Source: Eledone cirrhosa
Lineage: Eukaryota
NCBI GenBank assembly: GCA_964016885.1
Contig: OZ024740.1
Coordinates: 28,024,001 to 28,088,000, forward strand
Direction of reading: 5' to 3'
DNA length: 64,000 nucleotides
A program made the translations under genes and the position numbers. This document shows, piece by piece, positions 52,601 through 64,000 of this stretch; positions within the stretch are counted from its first letter, which is position 1; the number at the start of each line of letters is the position of its first letter. The notes under the pieces were generated by a model. It saw nothing but the letters and a program-made list of their open reading frames with translations, did no database searches and was not told where the DNA came from.

Positions 52601-55600
52601 CTTCCTGAGTATATGTGATTTTCCTGAGTATATGCGAATTTCCTGAGTATATGTGATTTTGCTGAGTATATGTGATTTCCTTGAGTATATGTGATTTCCC
52701 TGACTATATGTGATTTTCCTGAGTATATGTGATTTCCCTGAGTATATGTGATCTTCCTGAGTATATGTGATTTTCCTGAGTATATGCGATTTTCCGAGTA
52801 TATGTGATTTTCCTGACTATATGTGATCTTCCTGAGTATATGTGATTTTCCTGAGTATATGTGATTTTCCTGACTATTTGTGATTTTCCTGAGTATATGT
52901 GATTTTCCTGACTATAAGTGATTTTCCTGAGTATACGTGATTTTCCTGACTATATGTGATTTTCTTGAGTATATGTGATTTTCCTGAGTATATGTGATTT
53001 TCCTGAGTATATGTGATTTCCCTGAGTATATGTGATTTTCCTGACTATTTGTGATTTTCCTGACTGTATGTGATTTTCCTGAGTATATGTGATTTTCCTG
53101 ACTATATGTGATTTTCCTGAGTATATGTGATTTCCCTGACTATATGTGATTTTCCTGAGTATATGTGATTTTCCTGAGTATATGTGATTTTTCTGAGTAT
53201 ATGTGATCTTCCTGAGTATATGTGATTTCCCTGACTATATGTGATTTTCCTGATTATATGTGATCTTCCTGAGTATATCTGATTTTCCTGAGTATATGTG
53301 ATTTCCCTGAGTATATGTGATTTTCCTGAGTACATGTGAATTTCATGACTATATGTGATTTTCCTGAGTATATGTGATTTTCATGACTATGTGATTTTCC
53401 TGACAATATGTGATTTTCCTGAGTATATGTGATTTTCCTGAGTATATGTGATTTCCTGAGTGTATGTGATTTTCCTGAGTATATGTGATTTTCCTGACTA
53501 TATGTGGTTTGCTTGAGTATATGTGATCTTCCTGAGTATATGTGATTTTCCTGAGTATAAGCGATTTTCCTGAGTATATGTGATTTTCCTGACTATATGA
53601 GATCTTCCTGAGTTTATATGATTTCCCTGAATATATGTGATTTTCCTGAGTATATGTGATTTTCCTGAGTATATATGATTTTCCTGACTATATGTGATTT
53701 CCCTGAGTATATGTGATTTGTCTGAGTATATGTGATTTCACTAGGTATATGTGATTTTCCTGAGTATATGTGATTTTCCTGACTATATGTGATTTTCCTG
53801 ACTATGTGATTTTCCTGAGTATATGTGATTTTCCTGACTATATGTGATTTTCTTGAGTATATGTGATTTTCCTGAGTATAAGTGATTTCCCGGAGTATAT
53901 GTGATTTTCCTGAGTATATGTGATCTTCCTGAGTATATGTGATTTTCCTGAGTATATGTGATTTTCCTGACTATATGTGATTTTCCTGAGTATATGCGAT
54001 TTCCCTGAGTATATGTGATTTCCTGAGTATATGTGATTTTCATGACTATATGTGATTTCCTAGAGTATATGTGATTTTCATGACTATGTGATTTTCCTGA
54101 CAATATGTGTTTTTCCTGAGTATATGTGATTTTCTTGAGTATATAAAATTTCCCTGAGTATATGTGATTTTCCTGAGCATATGTGATTTTCCTGACTATA
54201 TGTGATTTCCCGCAGTATATGTGATTTTCCTGAGTATATGTGATTTTCCTGAGTATATGTGATCTTCCTGAGTATATGTGATTTTCCTGAGTATACGTGA
54301 TTTTCCTGAGTATATGTGATTTTCCTCAGTATATGTGATTTTTCTGAGTATATGTGATCTTCCTGAGTATATGTGATTTCCCTGACTATATGTGATTTTC
54401 CTGATTATATGTGATCTTCCTGAGTATATCTGATTTTCCTGAGTATATGTGATTTCCCTGAGTATATGTGATTTTCCTGAGTACATGTGATTTTCATGAC
54501 TATATGTTATTTTCCTGAGTATATGTGATTTTCATGACTATGTGATTTTCCTGACAATATGTGATTTTCCTGAGTATATGTGATTTTCCTGAGTATATGT
54601 GATTTTCCTGAGTGTATGTGATTTTCCTGAGTATATGTGATTTTCCTGACTATATGTGGTTTTCTTGAGTATATGTGATCTTCCTGAGTATATGTGATTT
54701 TCCTGAGTATGTGCGATTTTCCTGAGTATATGTGATTTTCCTGACTATATGAGATCTTCCTGAGTTTATATGATTTTCCTGAATATATGTGATTTTCCTG
54801 AGTATATGTGATTTTCCTGAGTATATATGATTTTCCTGACTATATGTGATTTCCCTGAGTATATGTGATTTGTCTGAGTATATGTGATTTCACTAGGTAT
54901 ATGTGATTTTCCTGAGTATATGTGATTTTCCTGAGTATATGTGATTTCCTGACTATATGTGATTTTCTTGAGTATATGTGATTTTCCTGAGTATAAGTGA
55001 TTTCCCTGAGTATATGTGATTTTCCTGACTATTTGTAATTTTCCTGGCTGTATGTGATTTTCTTGACTATATGTGATTTTCCTGAGTATATGTGATTTCC
55101 CTGAGTATATGTGATTTTCATGAGTATATGTGATTTCACTAGGTATATGTGATTTTCCTGACTATATTTGATTTTCCTGACTATATGTGATTTCATTGGG
55201 TATATGTGATTTTCCTGAGTATATGTGATTTTCCTGAGTATATGTGATTTTCCTGACTATATGTGATTTTCCTGAATATATGTGATTTTCCTGAGTATAC
55301 GTGATTTTCCTGACTATATGTGATTTTCTTGAGTATATGTGATTTTCCTGAGTATATGTGATTTTCCTGAGTATATGTGATTTCCCTGAGTATATGTGAT
55401 TTTCCTGACTATTTGTGATTTTCCTGACTGTATGTGATTTTCCTGAGTATATGTGATTTTCCTGACTATATGTGATTTTCCTGAGTATATGTGATTTCCC
55501 TGACTATATGTGATTTTCCTGAGTATATGTGATTTTCCTGAGTATATGTGATTTTTCTGAGTATATGTGATCTTCCTGAGTATATGTGATTTCCCTGACT

Positions 55601-58600
55601 ATATGTGATTTTCCTGATTATATGTGATCTTCCTGAGTATATCTGATTTTCCTGAGTATATGTGATTTCCCTGAGTATATGTGATTTTCCTGAGTACATG
55701 TGATTTTCAAGACTATATGTGATTTTCCTGAGTATATGTTATTTTCATGACTATGTGATTTTCATGAAAATATGTGATTTTCCTGAGTATATGTGATTTT
55801 CCTGAGTATATGTGATTTTCCTGAGTGTATGTGATTTTCCTGAGTATATGTGATTTTCCTGACTATATGTGGTTTTCTTGAGTATATGTGATCTTCCTGA
55901 GTATATGTGATTTTCCTGAGTATAAGCGATTTTCCTGAGTATATGTGATTTTCCTGACTATATGAGATCTTCCTGAGTTTATATGATTTTCCTGAATATA
56001 TGTGATTTTCCTGAGTATATGTGATTTTCCTGAGTATATATGATTTTCCTGACTATATGTGATTTCCCTGAGTATATGTGATTTGTCTGAGTATATGTGA
56101 TTTCACTAGGTATATGTGATTTTCCTGAGTATGTGTGATTTTCCTGAGTATATGTGATTTCCTGACTATATGTGATTTTCTTGAGTATATGTGATTTTCC
56201 TGAGTATAAGTGATTTCCCTGAGTATATGTGATTTTCCTGACTATTTGTAATTTTCCTGGCTGTATGTGATTTTCTTGACTATATGTGATTTTCCTGAGT
56301 ATATGTGATTTCCCTGACTATATGTGATTTCCCGGAGTATATGTGATTTTCCTGAGTATATGTGATCTTCCTGAGTATATGTGATTTTCCTGAGTATATG
56401 TGATTTTCCTGACTATATGTGATTTTCCTGAGTATATGTGATCTTCCTGAGTATATGTGATTTTCCTGAGTATATGCGATTTCCCTGAGTATATGTGATT
56501 TTCCTGAGTATATGTGATTTTCATGACTATATGTGATTTTCCTGAATATATGTGATTTTCCTGACTATATGTGATTTTCCTGACAATATGTGATTTTCCT
56601 GAGTATGTGTGATTTCCCTGAGTATATGTGATTTTCATGAGAATATGTGATATTCCTGAGTATATGTGATTTTCCTGATTATATGTGATTTTCCTGAGTA
56701 TATGTGATCTTCCTGAGTATATGTGATTTTCCTGAGTATATGCGAATTTCCTGAGTATATGTGATTTTGCTGAGTATATGTGATTTCCTTGAGTATATGT
56801 GATTTCCCTGACTATATGTGATTTTCCTGAGTATATGTGATTTCCCTGAGTATATGTGATCTTCCTGAGTATATGTGATTTTCCTGAGTATATGCGATTT
56901 TCCGAGTATATGTGATTTTCCTGACTATATGTGATCTTCCTGAGTATATGTGATTTTCCTGAGTATATGTGATTTTCCTGACTATTTGTGATTTTCCTGA
57001 GTATATGTGATTTTCCTGACTATAAGTGATTTTCCTGAGTATACGTGATTTTCCTGACTATATGTGATTTTCTTGAGTATATGTGATTTTCCTGAGTATA
57101 TGTGATTTTCCTGAGTATATGTGATTTCCCTGAGTATATGTGATTTTCCTGACTATTTGTGATTTTCCTGACTGTATGTGATTTTCCTGAGTATATGTGA
57201 TTTTCCTGACTATATGTGATTTTCCTGAGTATATGTGATTTCCCTGACTATATGTGATTTTCCTGAGTATATGTGATTTTCCTGAGTATATGTGATTTTT
57301 CTGAGTATATGTGATCTTCCTGAGTATATGTGATTTCCCTGACTATATGTGATTTTCCTGATTATATGTGATCTTCCTGAGTATATCTGATTTTCCTGAG
57401 TATATGTGATTTCCCTGAGTATATGTGATTTTCCTGAGTACATGTGAATTTCATGACTATATGTGATTTTCCTGAGTATATGTGATTTTCATGACTATGT
57501 GATTTTCCTGACAATATGTGATTTTCCTGAGTATATGTGATTTTCCTGAGTATATGTGATTTCCTGAGTGTATGTGATTTTCCTGAGTATATGTGATTTT
57601 CCTGACTATATGTGGTTTGCTTGAGTATATGTGATCTTCCTGAGTATATGTGATTTTCCTGAGTATATGCGATTTTCCTGAGTATATGTGATTTTCCTGA
57701 CTATATGAGATCTTCCTGAGTTTATATGATTTCCCTGAATATATGTGATTTTCCTGAGTATATGTGATTTTCCTGAGTATATATGATTTTCCTGACTATA
57801 TGTGATTTCCCTGAGTATATGTGATTTGTCTGAGTATATGTGATTTCACTAGGTATATGTGATTTTCCTGAGTATATGTGATTTTCCTGACTATATGTGA
57901 TTTTCCTGACTATGTGATTTTCCTGAGTATATGTGATTTTCCTGACTATATGTGATTTTCTTGAGTATATGTGATTTTCCTGAGTATAAGTGATTTCCCG
58001 GAGTATATGTGATTTTCCTGAGTATATGTGATCTTCCTGAGTATATGTGATTTTCCTGAGTATATGTGATTTTCCTGACTATATGTGATTTTCCTGAGTA
58101 TATGCGATTTCCCTGAGTATATGTGATTTCCTGAGTATATGTGATTTTCATGACTATATGTGATTTCCTAGAGTATATGTGATTTTCATGACTATGTGAT
58201 TTTCCTGACAATATGTGTTTTTCCTGAGTATATGTGATTTTCTTGAGTATATAAAATTTCCCTGAGTATATGTGATTTTCCTGAGCATATGTGATTTTCC
58301 TGACTATATGTGATTTCCCGCAGTATATGTGATTTTCCTGAGTATATGTGATTTTCCTGAGTATATGTGATCTTCCTGAGTATATGTGATTTTCCTGAGT
58401 ATACGTGATTTTCCTGAGTATATGTGATTTTCCTCAGTATATGTGATTTTTCTGAGTATATGTGATCTTCCTGAGTATATGTGATTTCCCTGACTATATG
58501 TGATTTTCCTGATTATATGTGATCTTCCTGAGTATATCTGATTTTCCTGAGTATATGTGATTTCCCTGAGTATATGTGATTTTCCTGAGTACATGTGATT

Positions 58601-61600
58601 TTCATGACTATATGTTATTTTCCTGAGTATATGTGATTTTCATGACTATGTGATTTTCCTGACAATATGTGATTTTCCTGAGTATATGTGATTTTCCTGA
58701 GTATATGTGATTTTCCTGAGTGTATGTGATTTTCCTGAGTATATGTGATTTTCCTGACTATATGTGGTTTTCTTGAGTATATGTGATCTTCCTGAGTATA
58801 TGTGATTTTCCTGAGTATGTGCGATTTTCCTGAGTATATGTGATTTTCCTGACTATATGAGATCTTCCTGAGTTTATATGATTTTCCTGAATATATGTGA
58901 TTTTCCTGAGTATATGTGATTTTCCTGAGTATATATGATTTTCCTGACTATATGTGATTTCCCTGAGTATATGTGATTTGTCTGAGTATATGTGATTTCA
59001 CTAGGTATATGTGATTTTCCTGAGTATATGTGATTTTCCTGAGTATATGTGATTTCCTGACTATATGTGATTTTCTTGAGTATATGTGATTTTCCTGAGT
59101 ATAAGTGATTTCCCTGAGTATATGTGATTTTCCTGACTATTTGTAATTTTCCTGGCTGTATGTGATTTTCTTGACTATATGTGATTTTCCTGAGTATATG
59201 TGATTTCCCTGACTATATGTGATTTCCCGGAGTATATGTGATTTTCCTGACTATATGTGATTTTCCTGACAATATGTGATTTTCCTGAGTATGTGTGATT
59301 TCCCTGAGTATATGTGATTTTCATGAGAATATGTGATATTCCTGAGTATATGTGATTTTCCTGATTATATGTGATTTTCCTGAGTATATGTGATCTTCCT
59401 GAGTATATGTGATTTTCCTGAGTATATGCGAATTTCCTGAGTATATGTGATTTTGCTGAGTATATGTGATTTCCTTGAGTATATGTGATTTCCCTGACTA
59501 TATGTGATTTTCCTGAGTATATGTGATTTCCCTGAGTATATGTGATCTTCCTGAGTATATGTGATTTTCCTGAGTATATGCGATTTTCCGAGTATATGTG
59601 ATTTTCCTGACTATATGTGATCTTCCTGAGTATATGTGATTTTCCTGAGTATATGTGATTTTCCTGACTATATGAGATCTTCCTGAGTTTATATGATTTT
59701 CCTGAATATATGTGATTTTCCTGAGTATATGTGATTTTCCTGAGTATATATGATTTTCCTGACTATATGTGATTTCCCTGAGTATATGTGATTTGTCTGA
59801 GTATATGTGATTTCACTAGGTATATGTGATTTTCCTGAGTATATGTGATTTTCCTGAGTATATGTGATTTCCTGACTATATGTGATTTTCTTGAGTATAT
59901 GTGATTTTCCTGAGTATAAGTGATTTCCCTGAGTATATGTGATTTTCCTGACTATTTGTAATTTTCCTGGCTGTATGTGATTTTCTTGACTATATGTGAT
60001 TTTCCTGAGTATATGTGATTTCCCTGATTATATGTGATTTCCCGGAGTATATGTGATTTTCCTGAGTATATGTGATCTTCCTGAGTATATGTGATTTTCC
60101 TGAGTATATGTGATTTTCCTGACTATATGTGATTTTCCTGAGTATATGTGATCTTCCTGAGTATATGTGATTTTCCTGAGTATATGCGATTTCCCTAAGT
60201 ATATGTGATTTTCCTGAGTATATGTGATTTTCATGACTATATGTGATTTTCCTGAATATATGTGATTTTCCTGACTATATGTGATTTTCCTGACAATATG
60301 TGATTTTCCTGAGTATGTGTGATTTCCCTGAGTATATGTGATTTTCATGAGAATATGTGATATTCCTGAGTATATGTGATTTTCCTGATTATATGTGATT
60401 TTCCTGAGTATATGTGATCTTCCTGAGTATATGTGATTTTCCTGAGTATATGCGAATTTCCTGAGTATATGTGATTTTGCTGAGTATATGTGATTTCCTT
60501 GAGTATATGTGATTTCCCTGACTATATGTGATTTTCCTGAGTATATGTGATTTCCCTGAGTATATGTGATCTTCCTGAGTATATGTGATTTTCCTGAGTA
60601 TATGCGATTTTCCGAGTATATGTGATTTTCCTGACTATATGTGATCTTCCTGAGTATATGTGATTTTCCTGAGTATATGTGATTTTCCTGACTATTTGTG
60701 ATTTTCCTGAGTATATGTGATTTTCCTGACTATAAGTGATTTTCCTGAGTATACGTGATTTTCCGGACTATATGTGATTTTCTTGAGTATATGTGATTTT
60801 CCTGAGTATATGTGATTTTCCTGAGTATATGTGATTTCCCTGAGTATATGTGATTTTCCTGACTATTTGTGATTTTCCTGACTGTATGTGATTTTCCTGA
60901 GTATATGTGATTTTCCTGACTATATGTGATTTTCCTGAGTATATGTGATTTCCCTGACTATATGTGATTTTCCTGAGTATATGTGATTTTCCTGAGTATA
61001 TGTGATTTTTCTGAGTATATGTGATCTTCCTGAGTATATGTGATTTCCCTGACTATATGTGATTTTCCTGATTATATGTGATCTTCCTGAGTATATCTGA
61101 TTTTCCTGAGTATATGTGATTTCCCTGAGTATATGTGATTTTCCTGAGTACATGTGAATTTCATGACTATATGTGATTTTCCTGAGTATATGTGATTTTC
61201 ATGACTATGTGATTTTCCTGACAATATGTGATTTTCCTGAGTATATGTGATTTTCCTGAGTATATGTGATTTCCTGAGTGTATGTGATTTTCCTGAGTAT
61301 ATGTGATTTTCCTGACTATATGTGGTTTGCTTGAGTATATGTGATCTTCCTGAGTATATGTGATTTTCCTGAGTATATGCGATTTTCCTGAGTATATGTG
61401 ATTTTCCTGACTATATGAGATCTTCCTGAGTTTATATGATTTCCCTGAATATATGTGATTTTCCTGAGTATATGTGATTTTCCTGAGTATATATGATTTT
61501 CCTGACTATATGTGATTTCCCTGAGTATATGTGATTTGTCTGAGTATATGTGATTTCACTAGGTATATGTGATTTTCCTGAGTATATGTGATTTTCCTGA

Positions 61601-64000
61601 CTATATGTGATTTTCCTGACTATGTGATTTTCCTGAGTATATGTGATTTTCCTGACTATATGTGATTTTCTTGAGTATATGTGATTTTCCTGAGTATAAG
61701 TGATTTCCCGGAGTATATGTGATTTTCCTGAGTATATGTGATCTTCCTGAGTATATGTGATTTTCCTGAGTATATGTGATTTTCCTGACTATATGTGATT
61801 TTCCTGAGTATATGCGATTTCCCTGAGTATATGTGATTTCCTGAGTATATGTGATTTTCATGACTATATGTGATTTCCTAGAGTATATGTGATTTTCATG
61901 ACTATGTGATTTTCCTGACAATATGTGTTTTTCCTGAGTATATGTGATTTTCTTGAGTATATAAAATTTCCCTGAGTATATGTGATTTTCCTGAGCATAT
62001 GTGATTTTCCTGACTATATGTGATTTCCCGCAGTATATGTGATTTTCCTGAGTATATGTGATTTTCCTGAGTATATGTGATCTTCCTGAGTATATGTGAT
62101 TTTCCTGAGTATACGTGATTTTCCTGAGTATATGTGATTTTCCTCAGTATATGTGATTTTTCTGAGTATATGTGATCTTCCTGAGTATATGTGATTTCCC
62201 TGACTATATGTGATTTTCCTGATTATATGTGATCTTCCTGAGTATATCTGATTTTCCTGAGTATATGTGATTTCCCTGAGTATATGTGATTTTCCTGAGT
62301 ACATGTGATTTTCATGACTATATGTTATTTTCCTGAGTATATGTGATTTTCATGACTATGTGATTTTCCTGACAATATGTGATTTTCCTGAGTATATGTG
62401 ATTTTCCTGAGTATATGTGATTTTCCTGAGTGTATGTGATTTTCCTGAGTATATGTGATTTTCCTGACTATATGTGGTTTTCTTGAGTATATGTGATCTT
62501 CCTGAGTATATGTGATTTTCCTGAGTATGTGCGATTTTCCTGAGTATATGTGATTTTCCTGACTATATGAGATCTTCCTGAGTTTATATGATTTTCCTGA
62601 ATATATGTGATTTTCCTGAGTATATGTGATTTTCCTGAGTATATATGATTTTCCTGACTATATGTGATTTCCCTGAGTATATGTGATTTGTCTGAGTATA
62701 TGTGATTTCACTAGGTATATGTGATTTTCCTGAGTATATGTGATTTTCCTGAGTATATGTGATTTCCTGACTATATGTGATTTTCTTGAGTATATGTGAT
62801 TTTCCTGAGTATAAGTGATTTCCCTGAGTATATGTGATTTTCCTGACTATTTGTAATTTTCCTGGCTGTATGTGATTTTCTTGACTATATGTGATTTTCC
62901 TGAGTATATGTGATTTCCCTGACTATATGTGATTTCCCGGAGTATATGTGATTTTCCTGACTATATGTGATTTTCCTGACAATATGTGATTTTCCTGAGT
63001 ATGTGTGATTTCCCTGAGTATATGTGATTTTCATGAGAATATGTGATATTCCTGAGTATATGTGATTTTCCTGATTATATGTGATTTTCCTGAGTATATG
63101 TGATCTTCCTGAGTATATGTGATTTTCCTGAGTATATGCGAATTTCCTGAGTATATGTGATTTTGCTGAGTATATGTGATTTCCTTGAGTATATGTGATT
63201 TCCCTGACTATATGTGATTTTCCTGAGTATATGTGATTTCCCTGAGTATATGTGATCTTCCTGAGTATATGTGATTTTCCTGAGTATATGCGATTTTCCG
63301 AGTATATGTGATTTTCCTGACTATATGTGATCTTCCTGAGTATATGTGATTTTCCTGAGTATATGTGATTTTCCTGACTATTTGTGATTTTCCTGAGTAT
63401 ATGTGATTTTCCTGACTATAAGTGATTTTCCTGAGTATACGTGATTTTCCTGACTATATGTGATTTTCTTGAGTATATGTGATTTTCCTGAGTATATGTG
63501 ATTTTCCTGAGTATATGTGATTTCCCTGAGTATATGTGATTTTCCTGACTATTTGTGATTTTCCTGACAGTATGTGATTTTCCTGAGTATATGTGATTTT
63601 CCTGACTATATGTGATTTTCCTGAGTATATGTGATTTCCCTGACTATATGTGATTTTCCTGAGTATATGTGATTTTCCTGAGTATATGTGATTTTTCTGA
63701 GTATATGTGATCTTCCTGAGTATATGTGATTTCCCTGACTATATGTGATTTTCCTGATTATATGTGATCTTCCTGAGTATATCTGATTTTCCTGAGTATA
63801 TGTGATTTCCCTGAGTATATGTGATTTTCCTGAGTACATGTGAATTTCATGACTATATGTGATTTTCCTGAGTATATGTGATTTTCATGACTATGTGATT
63901 TTCCTGACAATATGTGATTTTCCTGAGTATATGTGATTTTCCTGAGTATATGTGATTTCCTGAGTGTATGTGATTTTCCTGAGTATATGTGATTTTCCTG
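49635..64000. repeat. 20-bp satellite CTGAGTATATGTGATTTTCC with multi-kb higher-order repeats
   Basis: About 14.4 kb, roughly 700 monomers. Identical variant blocks recur at 4108 bp (51358/55466, 52210/56318, 53783/57891, 54196/58304) and 3710 bp (57891/61601, 58304/62014). Runs off the right edge of the window. Confidence 0.98.

Noticed and set aside
49635-64000. CRISPR-like regular repeats and repeated ENHIYSGKSH ORFs (the 1-3858 array was also considered)
   Set aside because: Head-to-tail monomers without unique spacers, no cas genes, eukaryotic context; the ORFs are satellite translations.

Overview
Repeat-dominated, AT-rich eukaryotic (animal) DNA; the SINE and RTE-tail motifs and the microsatellite density suggest an octopod cephalopod (inference). 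No confidently identifiable host gene. About half of the window is tandem DNA: a ~33-36 bp minisatellite (1-3858), a CAC/CAG-derived array (14.0-21.3 kb), 22-, 44-, ~18-, 33- and 20-bp arrays, and a 20-bp satellite with multi-kb higher-order repeats (49.6-64 kb). Interspersed elements are a near full-length but frameshifted L1/Tx1-type LINE (41.4-46.2 kb, minus), RTE-clade fragments (25.5-26.8 kb), about a dozen copies of a tRNA-derived SINE, and two Penelope-like (PLE) GIY-YIG endonuclease remnants. The standout signal is about 15 type I hammerhead ribozyme (HHR) motifs from roughly 10 unrelated sequence families, read by eye. They sit in small fold-back (inverted pseudo-LTR) modules inserted in (TA)n tracts. 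One is a ~700-bp non-coding palindrome carrying an intact hammerhead on each strand. One short copy begins at its family's predicted ribozyme cleavage site. Almost all ORFs in the supplied track are microsatellite translation artefacts.
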